From Kiritimatiellia bacterium (GTDB lineage: Bacteria; Verrucomicrobiota; Kiritimatiellia; CAIQIC01; Lenti-01): DNA of 64,000 nt. Positions 36,077 through 46,169 of the stretch are shown here, one piece after another; the first letter of the stretch is position 1, and the number at the start of each line of letters is the position of its first letter. Location: positions 9,395-73,394 of the forward strand of contig JAXGNL010000006.1 of the NCBI GenBank assembly GCA_040768005.1, in the 5' to 3' direction. Position numbers and translations under genes: made by a program. The notes below the pieces were generated by a model, which had not been told where the DNA came from, made no database searches, and was given only the letters and a program-made list of their open reading frames with translations.

Positions 36077-37759
36077 TTATCCTTGGTGGACCCGAACCTG
36101 CGGGAAGGGAATCACCCAGCCGTTTTCATTGCAGGCATCCACCAGGATTCGTTGCATGAAGCCCGGAATCTGCGGATGCAGGCGAGCCGCGCCGCCTGTC
36201 AGATCCACCCAGACCGCATAATCCAGCGACGAGTCGCTTGCGCGCAGGAACCGGACCTGGATGTCGCGCAGATTGTCCGCGCCGACCGCGGCGGGCAGTT
36301 CCGCCGCCAGTCTGGATTTCATCCGGTCCGGGATTTCCGTGGTGGCGATGGCCTGGTGGCGGTAATCCACGCCGAAGGTGGATTCAATCCGGAAACCGCC
36401 GGAAAGATTCCGGGGGTGCAGAGCGAGAAAGCCGGCCACGGGATAGGTGACGGTTTCTCCTCCCGGAGCAATGAGCTGGACGTTTGCGGGGGTCTGTCCG
36501 GCGATCTGGCCTGTCTGGCCGCCGTCCAGTGCCACCCAGTCGCCCTTCTCGCAGGGGAACCAGGTTTCGGTCTGGCCGACCGGACGCGACGTCATGCCAA
36601 CGAGAAATTTCACCGGGAGCAGGCGGGTGCCGCCGTCCAGGCGGGGATTGTTCAAATGGGCGGAGAAGCCCAGGGAATCGACGCGGTAGGCCGTGCCGTC
36701 ATAGACCAGGTACTCCCCTTCGCGCACCGCCCCGATGTTCAGCATCAGCTTGATGGTTTCCACCTGGCGGGGGAGGGTATTGACGCTGGCCCATCCGATG
36801 CCGAACAGGAAAATGATGATGATCCCCAGCAGGAACCAGTCGCCGGCCAGGTTGAAGACCAGCATCATGGCCCCCAGGCCGCCCAGCACGCTGAATACAT
36901 GAAACAGCAGGGCGGTCAGCCGCGAACCGAATTTCTTCTCGGAGCCTTTTCGGCGCAACTGGCGCAGACCGAATTCGGCCAGCCGGAAGCCGAAGAACAC
37001 CGCGCAGAACGCCGCGATGCCCAGCAGAAGATTCAGCCCCCGGGTTTGGAAGAAATGACGCGCGTAGCCGGTGGTTTGTTCCAGCACCGATTCGCGGGCG
37101 GCCAGCCGGCTTTGCAGCTGGATATCCAGCGCGGCAAATTCGTTGTCGGCTTCTTCCCAAATGCGTTTCCAGGCGGCATGGCGGTTTGTCAGGCGGGCCT
37201 GGAGTTCCGGTGAAGCCGGCCGGCCCAGCAGCGCCTCCAGATTGTGGACGGCTTCCGCCGCAAGGTCCCGGCGCTTGCGGACAGAGTTCAACTGGGCGCG
37301 GATCTGTCCGATGACACGGGTTTCCGCCGTGGCATTTTCAAATTCCGCCAGGATGGGCTCCAGCAGCTTGCCAACCTGTTCCTGCCAGTCGAACTTGGAG
37401 TCCGCCTGAGGCGTGAACGGACTCAGATCCACGTCAACGGCAAAGCCGTCAAACTGCCGCCGCTGGTCTTCGATGGCGTTGCGGACCTCCTGCAGCCGCC
37501 GGCGGATTTCATCCCGGGCCAGATCGTCGGGGGCGGCGGCCAGCTGCTGTTGCAGTTCGGCCGCCTCGGCTTCCTTGAGCGCCAGCGCCCGCTGCAGGGA
37601 TTCCAGCGATTGCAGCACTCCCGAATCCGGGGACCATTCCAGCGCCGGAGCGGCTTCCGCCGCCGTCGACGGGTTCGCTTCGGTTTGACCTGTTGCGGGG
37701 CCGGAAGAACACAGGAGAACAATGCCCAGGACGCGCAAGAAAACAGACAGTTGCTTCAT
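36077..37759 (-). CDS. Membrane protein with periplasmic coiled coil and MscS-like C-terminal region
   Basis: Signal peptide, coiled coil, three TM segments and C-terminal IPFPQ. Confidence 0.65.
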   Translation of the reverse strand: MKQLSVFLRVLGIVLLCSSGPATGQTEANPSTAAEAAPALEWSPDSGVLQSLESLQRALALKEAEAAELQQQLAAAPDDLARDEIRRRLQEVRNAIEDQRRQFDGFAVDVDLSPFTPQADSKFDWQEQVGKLLEPILAEFENATAETRVIGQIRAQLNSVRKRRDLAAEAVHNLEALLGRPASPELQARLTNRHAAWKRIWEEADNEFAALDIQLQSRLAARESVLEQTTGYARHFFQTRGLNLLLGIAAFCAVFFGFRLAEFGLRQLRRKGSEKKFGSRLTALLFHVFSVLGGLGAMMLVFNLAGDWFLLGIIIIFLFGIGWASVNTLPRQVETIKLMLNIGAVREGEYLVYDGTAYRVDSLGFSAHLNNPRLDGGTRLLPVKFLVGMTSRPVGQTETWFPCEKGDWVALDGGQTGQIAGQTPANVQLIAPGGETVTYPVAGFLALHPRNLSGGFRIESTFGVDYRHQAIATTEIPDRMKSRLAAELPAAVGADNLRDIQVRFLRASDSSLDYAVWVDLTGGAARLHPQIPGFMQRILVDACNENGWVIPFPQVRVHQG

Positions 37760-38032
37760 GGCGCAACTATGAACAAAGGATGCCGTTGTGGCAAGGGAAG
37801 GGGCCCGGAAGGGATAGAATCCGACGGGCGGACGGAGGGAGCATCGCGGAAGATCCTGTTCCGGAATTCAGCCTGCGGATGCGGCAGGTAATGGGCGGTT
37901 CAGGACGAGAGTAAAATTCACACAGTTAATTAACTATGTGGAATATGAAAATACATAATATATTTATGACTATGGCAATATACTAATATATAAATGAATA
38001 TTGATAACATTATAATCCATTATAACTGTTAA

Positions 38033-39250
38033 CTACTGAAAGGAAAGCGCCCGGTGGCGCCGGGCCAGGAGCAGATAGGCGGCGGAAGAGGCGAGGATGG
38101 TGTTGAGGGGGGCGATGCCGGGCAGGAACTGGGCGGCAGCGAAACCGCAGGCCCAGGCGATGATGGCGGGCCAGTGAACCGGCCGCGAATCGGGGGGCGT
38201 TCGGCCTCCGCGGCGGACCACGAAATGGTCGAGAATCAGCACCGCGCCGATGGACGGCAGCATCCGGTTCAGCAGGTTCAGCCACGGGACGAAATGGTTG
38301 TAGGCCGCCGTGGCGAACAGCGTGCCGATGAATCCGTTGAGCAGCACGAACCGCCGTTTGGGCCAGCGGGCGAGCGTGGCGAAGCCGAGGCTGGCGGCGT
38401 ACAGCGCGTTGTCGTTCGTGGTCCAGATGTTCAGCCCCAGCACCAGCACGGCCAGGCCGATCAGCCCCTGTTTCATCATGACTTCCGAGATGTCGTTGGT
38501 GCCGTAGAATGCGGCGGCGACCGCCCCGAACAGGAACATCAGCGAATTGCCGAGCAGAAAGGCGGCCACGGTGGTCGAAACCGCGATGCGCGGGGTGCGC
38601 GCGAAGCGGGTAAAGTCGGGGGTCAGGGTGCCGCCGGAGATGAACGATCCCACGCAGATGCCGATGGCGGCGCCCAGGCCGATGCCGCCGGCCGGCTCCT
38701 GCGCGAACCATGCCGAGACCCCGCCGAAGTCGGCAAAGGCTCTGGCGACCGATGCGGATCCGAGCAGGGCGATGGCCGGCACGGCGACAATGGACAGGAG
38801 GGTCAGGGACTGGATGCCGTAATACGCGGTCAAGGTCATCAGCGCGCCGGCCGCCCACAACAGGGCCAGATGCGGCACATCGGGAAACAGCTGTCCCACG
38901 GGCAGGGCAAACATGGCCACGCCGACTCCGAACCAGCCGACCTGCGTTACGCCCAGCAGCAGCGAGGGCAGGGCGGCTCCGCGCTCGCCGAAGGCCTGGC
39001 GGGCCAGCAGATGGGTGGACCGGCCGGTTTGGGATGCAATAAAGGCCAGCAGGCCCGTGTAGACACCCAGGAGGACATTGCCCGCCAGCACCGCGAGCAG
39101 GAACGAAGAGGCGCGCAGCCCCGTGCCCAGCGTGGCGCCCGCCCACATGCTGGCGGAAAAGAACGTGAATCCCACCATCACGGCCAGCATGGCCCAGAAT
39201 CCGCGGCGGTCTTCCGCCGCCACGGGACTGAATTCATATTCGGAATGCAT
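38033..39250 (-). CDS. codB: Cytosine permease (NCS1 family)
   Basis: GFTFFSASMW.G, TQVGWFGVGVAMF, GSFISGGT..PDF.R and NIWTTNDNALY. Confidence 0.9.
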   Translation of the reverse strand: MHSEYEFSPVAAEDRRGFWAMLAVMVGFTFFSASMWAGATLGTGLRASSFLLAVLAGNVLLGVYTGLLAFIASQTGRSTHLLARQAFGERGAALPSLLLGVTQVGWFGVGVAMFALPVGQLFPDVPHLALLWAAGALMTLTAYYGIQSLTLLSIVAVPAIALLGSASVARAFADFGGVSAWFAQEPAGGIGLGAAIGICVGSFISGGTLTPDFTRFARTPRIAVSTTVAAFLLGNSLMFLFGAVAAAFYGTNDISEVMMKQGLIGLAVLVLGLNIWTTNDNALYAASLGFATLARWPKRRFVLLNGFIGTLFATAAYNHFVPWLNLLNRMLPSIGAVLILDHFVVRRGGRTPPDSRPVHWPAIIAWACGFAAAQFLPGIAPLNTILASSAAYLLLARRHRALSFQ

Positions 39251-39350
39251 GCGGTCGAGTGTGCGGAATGATCGGGGCGGGCGTCAATCCGGAATGAAGC
39301 GCCCGGAACCTTCTTGACGCCGTCCGCAGCCAGCGGGATGCTGGCACGGC

Positions 39351-42300
39351 ATGAAACGGACTGGGTGCACATTCCGGCGAAACGGGGGGGCTGCGCTGAT
39401 TTTCCTGTGGTTGTGGACGGCGCCGGCGGCGGGGGATGTGATCACCGGCGCGGATTGGCGGGTGGTGTTCAACCGTCCCGACCAGACCACGACACTCACC
39501 AGCATCGGCGCGAATGAGTTCGACATTCGGGAGGCCTTTGTCGAGCGTATTGAGGCGCTGGGGGCGGGCGATCAGGGATATTTGGCGACGTACACTCTGA
39601 CGGGAGGCTATGAAGCCAACGGGGCGGCCGGTCCGATCCTGACGGCTGTGTCGAACGCCTTGGCGCGCGGCGCGCACATGGGATTTGCAGTGGGCAGCGG
39701 GGTGGACCTGGCCGAAGAATTCCAGCCGGGCTGCTCGCTGGATTCGCTGTCCCGCCGCCCGGGCAATGCGCTGGAGGTGGCCCGGGCTCCTTCCAAGGGC
39801 ATCATGCACCACAAAATCGGCGTCTTTTTCTACAACAGAACCGGGGGGGGCCGGCTCCTGACCGCGTCGTGGAATTTCACGGCCTGGGCCAGTTCGCGTC
39901 AGTGGAACATCCTGGCGGATTTCTCCAGCCGCGACCTGGCCCTGGCCTATTCCAACGAGCTGCGGCAGCTGCTCAACGGCTACTTCCACTCGAATCCCGC
40001 CAAGTCGCGGGTCCCGCACGACAAGGCGGCGTTTCGCACTGCCGGGGCCGGGGAAGACGGATGGGTGCGGTTTGCGCCGTTTCCGTCCGGCCGGACGGGA
40101 GGCGACAACGCCCAGACGGAAATCACCAACCGCATCGCCCGGGCCCGGCAGAGCATCTGGTTTGCGCTGAACAAGCAGACCCGCGCGGTTGTGACCGATC
40201 AGCTGATTGCCGCCTGCGACCGGGGCGTGGCCGTGCACGGCGTGATTCCGCGAAGCGACCGCGACACGGCGTCCGCCGCCAGTTATGGCCAATTCCAGCG
40301 GATGCTGGATGCATCCGAATACGCCACGACCAACCGCATTCAACTCCACGAGGCGTATTACAAAAGCACCAGTACAGAGGACTTCGACAATGGGCTCTCC
40401 GACCTGGTTCACTGCAAATACATGGTGATCGATCCGTTTGGAGAATCGCCCTGGGTCATTCACGGGTCGGCCAACTGGACGCTGACAGCGCTGGCGACGA
40501 CCAACACGCCGACCTCCAACGACGAGAATATCCTGTTCATCCCCGACGGCGGAATCGCCCGGGCCTTCCTGGCTCAGTTCGAGGCCATGACCGGCATCGA
40601 GGCCATCGAACCGGAGCCGGGCAGCGGCGTGCGCCTGGCGGTGGCTCCGACGTCCGGCGGCCGCTCGGAACTCCGCTTCACGCTTCCGGAAGGCGTGACG
40701 GGCATTCTCGTCGGCACTGCGGATCCGCGCGACTGGTCGCTGCCGGTGTGGTCCATGTCCGTGGGGGAGGGGGCCCACGCCATTGCCCTGACGAACGGCT
40801 TGCCCCGGATGTTCTTCCGGCTTGAGGCGGGCACGCCATCCGGATCGAGCCGCGGTCCTGCCGACCTGTCGCCGCGCCGCGGTTCCGGCGGCGGCGCCCA
40901 GCCCCGGACCAACGGCGTCCTGCTGGAGGTGACGCTGGAGCCGGAGACGCTGACGGCCCTTGGCGAAGGCGGGGTGGAATACACCGTGTCGGCCACGGTG
41001 GCGAACGATACGGGCATGGACATTACCCGCGCCGAATGGTCGGTGGTGCCGGCGGACGGCATGACCAACGGATTTGCGGGGGCGCAGGCCGAAGACGGCG
41101 AAACCCTGGTGCTGGTGCCGGCGCCGGAGGATGGCGGACGCGAATTCGATGTCGGCTATCTGGTCGTGGCCGGCGAGGGGGACGGGTCGGCAACGAACTC
41201 CGCCGCCTGCCGGTTGACGGTGTTGAATCCCCGCCGGGTGGATTTCGAGACCCTGGGGCCGTTCTCCAGCTATCCGACCAACTACACGGTGGACGAAGCC
41301 ACCGGGGAGCCTGACTACATCGGCATCACGACAAACTTGAACGGGATGGACTGGATGCTGTTCAACCTGCGCCGGTCCGAGACCAATCGCATCGGCGCCT
41401 ATTCCGCCCGTCTCCGCCACAGTTCCAGCCGCCTGCCCGGCCTGCTGGAAAGCCGCGGCGCATTCTCCGGGGTCGGCTCCATCTCCGTGAACTACGCGCT
41501 CTACAGCACCACGGGATTTCTGACGTTTGTGATCGAAACACAGGCCGCGGAATCCGGCGAGTGGCTCCCGGCCGGGGAACCCTGCCGTGTGGAGGCCGGG
41601 GGCGACATCAGCAATCAGATGTACACGGTGGATGTGAACCGTCCGGGACGGCATCGGGTGCGGCTGCGGACGACGGGCGGATATGGGAAGGTGGTCAACA
41701 TCGACAACTTGATCATCCGGCCGCATGGCGATCTGGTGCCGGCGCTGGCGGTGGACGGGGGACCATTTGCGGCCATCGGCCGGGAATATGAATTGCGGTT
41801 CAGGCTGGACAACGCCGAAGGCGCGCCACGCATCTGGTCGGATTACGGCGCGGTGGCGGCCGATGCCGGCGACGCCCCGGTCCTGGCGGAAGCGGACGGC
41901 CAACTGCGCCTGGCGTTCACGCCGGCGCCCGAAGACGCAGGGCGGACGTTCACCGCCACGGGCACGGTTTCCGTGTACGGCGGACAATACGTCTATTCCA
42001 CGAGCCGGACGTTCACCGTTGCTTCCGCGCCCGGGTTCGAGCTGTGGAATGCCAGCCCGGAAGGCCGGACGGTTCTTTTCACCAACGAAATCCTGGATGT
42101 GTGGTCCACCAATGTATTCCTGGGCGGCGAACCCTGCACGAACCGCGACGCCTACGAAGCCCAATGGATGGCCTATCCTGCCTTTGCCACCAACACCGTG
42201 AGGGACTATAACCGCTATCGCATCGGCGGCGGGCTCCTGGCGGCCGACATCGGCAACCACGAGCTGTTCCTGACCCTGACGGACAAGTCCAACGGCCTGG

Positions 42301-43322
42301 CCACCACGCACAGCCTGCATTTCCTGGTACTGGACCGCGAAACGCCGGATTCGCGGCATCTCGATTTCGAAGACTTTGCCGAGACCGGCTACGAACCGCG
42401 CACGGCGACGCTGTCCGGCGGCGACTGGGACATGGCCGGCATCCGGGCCGGATGGGAAACCCGGGATGCCTGCATCGGCACCACGGCCGCCCGGATCCAG
42501 TGTCCGGGAACGGGCGCGGCCTTTCTTGAAAGCCGTGATTCCTTCGACGGAATCGGCTATATCGAATTCGCCTGCGCCGGTCATGCCGGCACCGAGGGCG
42601 GCGCGGTACAGGTGCAGGTGCAGGCGGAAGGCGAAGCGGAATTCCGGCCGGTCGGCGCGTCGGCGGTTCCGATCGCCGACCTGACCCGGCATCGGGTCTA
42701 TGCCGGAGTGGAAACCCAGGCCCGGGTCCGGATCGAAGTGTCCGGCCCTGCTGGGAGCCTCATCAATGTGGACGAGGTAAGCATCGGAGCCTTTCGTTCC
42801 GAAGAACGGATTGTCGTCAACGGCGCGCTGGAGATTCCGGCGGGGGGCGGATTCGACCTGCGGTTTGTGCCGGCCGATCTGGCCGCCGGCGTGACGGCGG
42901 AAGGAATCGAAGTCCTGCGCAACGGGTGGGATGTGACGCAGTATGACGGCGAAACGCCGCGTTTTGCCCTGACGACCGAAGGGGAAGCCGGCGGGCGCGC
43001 GGGCGAGTTCCTGATTCGGATTCCGCTCTCCAGCGGCTATTGGCTGGAAACCAACGTGGAGTGGACCGTCCGGGCCGCCGCCGGCCCGGGCATCGAAGGC
43101 TTCCGGCCCGGGACCCTGTCTGTCTGGGGTCTGGCCGGATGGGACCTCGTGGTCTTTGCGTTCACCAACCTGACCGGCGAGGCCGCGCACCCCGCCAGCT
43201 GGGTCTGGGCCATTACCAACCTCCATGCCGCCGACGGCGTGGAGGAGATCGAACTGCCGGCCGCGGAGGATCCGTCCGCCGCGGGCCGTCGCATTCTGTT
43301 CTACGGCGTGAAAATCCAGTGA
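39351..43322 (+). CDS. Secreted phospholipase D-superfamily (Nuc-like) protein with beta-sandwich extensions
   Basis: Signal peptide; HHK...SWNFT and HCKYMVID...GSANWT...NDEN motifs. Confidence 0.8.
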   Translation: MKRTGCTFRRNGGAALIFLWLWTAPAAGDVITGADWRVVFNRPDQTTTLTSIGANEFDIREAFVERIEALGAGDQGYLATYTLTGGYEANGAAGPILTAVSNALARGAHMGFAVGSGVDLAEEFQPGCSLDSLSRRPGNALEVARAPSKGIMHHKIGVFFYNRTGGGRLLTASWNFTAWASSRQWNILADFSSRDLALAYSNELRQLLNGYFHSNPAKSRVPHDKAAFRTAGAGEDGWVRFAPFPSGRTGGDNAQTEITNRIARARQSIWFALNKQTRAVVTDQLIAACDRGVAVHGVIPRSDRDTASAASYGQFQRMLDASEYATTNRIQLHEAYYKSTSTEDFDNGLSDLVHCKYMVIDPFGESPWVIHGSANWTLTALATTNTPTSNDENILFIPDGGIARAFLAQFEAMTGIEAIEPEPGSGVRLAVAPTSGGRSELRFTLPEGVTGILVGTADPRDWSLPVWSMSVGEGAHAIALTNGLPRMFFRLEAGTPSGSSRGPADLSPRRGSGGGAQPRTNGVLLEVTLEPETLTALGEGGVEYTVSATVANDTGMDITRAEWSVVPADGMTNGFAGAQAEDGETLVLVPAPEDGGREFDVGYLVVAGEGDGSATNSAACRLTVLNPRRVDFETLGPFSSYPTNYTVDEATGEPDYIGITTNLNGMDWMLFNLRRSETNRIGAYSARLRHSSSRLPGLLESRGAFSGVGSISVNYALYSTTGFLTFVIETQAAESGEWLPAGEPCRVEAGGDISNQMYTVDVNRPGRHRVRLRTTGGYGKVVNIDNLIIRPHGDLVPALAVDGGPFAAIGREYELRFRLDNAEGAPRIWSDYGAVAADAGDAPVLAEADGQLRLAFTPAPEDAGRTFTATGTVSVYGGQYVYSTSRTFTVASAPGFELWNASPEGRTVLFTNEILDVWSTNVFLGGEPCTNRDAYEAQWMAYPAFATNTVRDYNRYRIGGGLLAADIGNHELFLTLTDKSNGLATTHSLHFLVLDRETPDSRHLDFEDFAETGYEPRTATLSGGDWDMAGIRAGWETRDACIGTTAARIQCPGTGAAFLESRDSFDGIGYIEFACAGHAGTEGGAVQVQVQAEGEAEFRPVGASAVPIADLTRHRVYAGVETQARVRIEVSGPAGSLINVDEVSIGAFRSEERIVVNGALEIPAGGGFDLRFVPADLAAGVTAEGIEVLRNGWDVTQYDGETPRFALTTEGEAGGRAGEFLIRIPLSSGYWLETNVEWTVRAAAGPGIEGFRPGTLSVWGLAGWDLVVFAFTNLTGEAAHPASWVWAITNLHAADGVEEIELPAAEDPSAAGRRILFYGVKIQ

Positions 43323-43379
43323 CCGGTTCGGCCGTCTCGGGCGAGCCCGCCGGCCGTTCTCCCGCCGCCCCCCCTTGTT

Positions 43380-44249
43380 CTAGGGTTCGACCCGGATCTG
43401 ATAGAACACGGGGGTCTGGCCCGGCGCGGCATTGGTCCAGCGGTTGAGCGGCGCGTCGGCGGGAATGCCGGAGGCCAGGGGCAGAAACGCCGATGCCAGA
43501 TCCGCGGCGGCATGAACGGCGTAGGTCTTGCCGGCCACGCTGTTCCATTGCAGCAGGTGGCCGCCGTCGCGGTCCGCGCGGACCAGGGCAAAGACGGAAC
43601 CGGGATCGCGGGGATGGGTGCCCGCGCCGAATTCGGCCAGGTTCCCGGAGCGGTCGGCGTCGTCATCGCTGCCGGGCAGCGCCAGGGTGCGGTTGGTGTA
43701 ATAGGCGTATTCCCACCAGTCCGGCAGTCCGTCGCCGTCGGAGTCGCCGACGATGTCCGTCACGGCGAGCGTACCGGGAGCGGGGACGTCCAGGCGCATC
43801 CACAGGCGCTGGCCGGGGTGCAGCGAAAAACCGGTCCAGGCGCTGTCCGGCGCGCCTTCCAGAACGGGCAGTCCGAGGGGAATGGTGTTGGTGGACTTGA
43901 TCACGCTGACCGAGGCGGAACCGGAGACGGGGCCCGTCGCCTCGATCCGGTCGGCTTCTTCGGGGCCGTTGACATGGCACACATAGGTGCCCGCGAATTC
44001 CACGGCTCCGTCGAAGCGCACGGCGCCGGTTTCGGAAGACAGGTTGCCGCAGGGGGACACCAAGCCGGCCAGGCGGGAGTGCGGCGCGGTCAGGGAGCCG
44101 TTCCCTTCCAGCGCTCCGCCCAGGTCAAAGGAATCGGTGCGGATCGAGTCGCCGTTGATCCACAGAAACCCGTCGGCCACCGTCAGGCCGGCGCCGGCCG
44201 GGCGGGCGGCGAGGCACAGAAGCGAAATCAGCAGGCAGAAGCGGCGCAT
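43380..44249 (-). CDS. Secreted protein with autotransporter-like beta strand, Asp-rich DSDGDGLPDWWE repeat and C-terminal domain
   Basis: Signal peptide MRRFCLLISLLCL; DSDGDGLPDWWE, NLAEF.AGT.P and W.SV.G..Y...FYQI. Confidence 0.7.
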   Translation of the reverse strand: MRRFCLLISLLCLAARPAGAGLTVADGFLWINGDSIRTDSFDLGGALEGNGSLTAPHSRLAGLVSPCGNLSSETGAVRFDGAVEFAGTYVCHVNGPEEADRIEATGPVSGSASVSVIKSTNTIPLGLPVLEGAPDSAWTGFSLHPGQRLWMRLDVPAPGTLAVTDIVGDSDGDGLPDWWEYAYYTNRTLALPGSDDDADRSGNLAEFGAGTHPRDPGSVFALVRADRDGGHLLQWNSVAGKTYAVHAAADLASAFLPLASGIPADAPLNRWTNAAPGQTPVFYQIRVEP

Positions 44250-44257
44250 GGGAAGGA

Positions 44258-45364
44258 TCAGCGGCCGGTGACGATGAAAGTGAAGGCGGTATTGGTCGGC
44301 ACGAAGGCCCCTGTGGTGGTGCGGACGGTGAACCGGTTCAAGTCCAGCGTGCGTTCCACGTAGATCAGGCGGGCGTTCGCCGCGTTGGTGGGGGGAAGAA
44401 GGTTGAAGGTGTCCGCCGTGGCCACGGGAACAAGCGTGGCGGGGGAATCCATGGCCGCGTCCAGCAGAAGATCGTACTGGCCTTCGGCGACGGGCGTGCA
44501 GGATTCCACGCCGAAGTGGGAGGTGGAGATCGTGCCCTCCGCGGACACGCGGCCCCAGGCCACGATGTTGTTGTCGGCGAAGCGCGCCTTCCGGTTCGGC
44601 AGCGGATCGGGCCCCAGGTCCGACTCGAAACGCACGCCGCCGGCGGCGCGGACGGCAAACTCGTTGGCATTCGATGATGCGAAGGCGTTGGTGGCGGACT
44701 GGTCCGCCCAGACAAAAGCCCCGTCGTGCAGGGCCTGCGCGCGGGTTCCCGCCGCGAAGGTGTTCGAGCCGGCGGCTGCATTGTATTCGCCGCCGGGAAT
44801 CGTGCCGCCGCGGGCGGTCACCGTGTTGTGGTATCCGCCGCCGATGGCGGCAAATATCGGGCCGTTGCTGATCACGTTCTGTTCGCCGCCGGCAATGAGG
44901 CATTTCTGCGAACCGTAGATGGCGTTGCGCGTGCCGCCGCCGATGACGGAATGGTACGAGCCCAGCCCGGCATGATAGACGATTTGGTTGTCGCTGCCTC
45001 CGGGGATGGACGAATAGGGCGACAGAGACACATAGTTGGTGTGGCCGGCAATGAAGTTGGCCTGCGCGTTGGCGATGCGGTTGGAGCCGACGACCAGGCT
45101 GCCGCGGATGGGGTCGGACAGAAACCGGGCGACGGTCTGGGAGGAAACGACAACCGGCAGGACGCTGCCCATGGAGCCGAAGGCGACATTGGTTCCGGTG
45201 CGGACCGCCGCGGCATCCACGTGGAGCAGCGGGAACAGATAGGCGTTCTGCACGGAGAAGTGTTCCGTGTCGCCTTCCGGCAGCGTGATGACCGTCTCGG
45301 CGCGGGCCATGGAAAAAACGGCCCATGCGCACAGCAGGACCAGCGGGGTCGGCAACAGCTTCAT
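44258..45364 (-). CDS. Secreted fibre/YadA-head-like Gly-Asn repeat protein
   Basis: Signal peptide, repeated IGGG..N / AGG..N units, FAAG..A.A.H.GAFVWAD and N.FAVRA.GGV.F. Confidence 0.65.
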   Translation of the reverse strand: MKLLPTPLVLLCAWAVFSMARAETVITLPEGDTEHFSVQNAYLFPLLHVDAAAVRTGTNVAFGSMGSVLPVVVSSQTVARFLSDPIRGSLVVGSNRIANAQANFIAGHTNYVSLSPYSSIPGGSDNQIVYHAGLGSYHSVIGGGTRNAIYGSQKCLIAGGEQNVISNGPIFAAIGGGYHNTVTARGGTIPGGEYNAAAGSNTFAAGTRAQALHDGAFVWADQSATNAFASSNANEFAVRAAGGVRFESDLGPDPLPNRKARFADNNIVAWGRVSAEGTISTSHFGVESCTPVAEGQYDLLLDAAMDSPATLVPVATADTFNLLPPTNAANARLIYVERTLDLNRFTVRTTTGAFVPTNTAFTFIVTGR

Positions 45365-45560
45365 CGCAACACACTCCTGGCAGAAGACCGGCCCTCCAAC
45401 CGGAAGGGCGCAAGGTGGTTACGGATATGCCAAATCCCCCCCGGGCGTCAATGCGGATCGGTCGGCATCCGCATTAAAATCCCGTTACAGACCGGCGCGA
45501 GCCGGGACTTTGCCCATGCTCTGCACCGGTGGAATGAACGGCCGCGGTTTCCGGATCGGT

Positions 45561-46169
45561 TCAGTACTTGACGGAGCAGCCGTAGGGGGTGGTCCGGGCG
45601 ACGGGCACGGGCTCGCCGGCCAGAACCGCCTCCAGGGCTTCCGCCAGGTGCGGCCGGGCGCCGGGAATGTCGTCGGGGTTGACCGACGGCTTGTCGTCGA
45701 TCGCCCCGTTGTAGGCGACCCGGCCGTCGGCCTGGATCACGAACAGGTGCGGGGTGGTTTTGGCGCCGTAGGCCAAGCCGACGGTCCCGTCCGGGTCCAG
45801 CAGGAGTGCGGTGGCCCGGCTGCCGGTTTCCTCCAGGAGGGTATTCCATTCCGCCGCCGGGTAGTGCCCCTGTTTGCCGGGCGCGGACGAGCAGATGGCG
45901 AGCCAGACGACGCCCCGGGCGGTGAATTGCTCCTGGAGCTTTTGCATGTTGCCGGAGCGGTAGTGTTTTTTCACGAACGGGCAATCGGGATTGATCCATT
46001 CCAGCACAACCACCCGGCCTTCAAAGCCGGACAGGCTGCGGGGTTGTCCATGCGTATCGGGAAGGGTGAAATCCGGCGCGGGGGCGCCGGGAGACGCGTC
46101 GGCGAAGGCGGCGGCCGTTCCCGACAGGAAGACGGCGGCGGCGAGGGCGAGGAGACGGCGTGGGTTCAT
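45561..46169 (-). CDS. Periplasmic thioredoxin-fold (AhpC/TSA, redoxin) protein
   Basis: APDFTL, EWINPDCPFV, YGAKTTP, YNGAIDD and PYGCSVK. Confidence 0.9.
   Translation of the reverse strand: MNPRRLLALAAAVFLSGTAAAFADASPGAPAPDFTLPDTHGQPRSLSGFEGRVVVLEWINPDCPFVKKHYRSGNMQKLQEQFTARGVVWLAICSSAPGKQGHYPAAEWNTLLEETGSRATALLLDPDGTVGLAYGAKTTPHLFVIQADGRVAYNGAIDDKPSVNPDDIPGARPHLAEALEAVLAGEPVPVARTTPYGCSVKY

Noticed and set aside
39234-43226. 1330-aa minus-strand ORF, and similar shadows at 27589-29616, 30152-32290, 48931-50766 and 62524-63972
   Set aside because: Each mirrors a well-supported gene on the other strand
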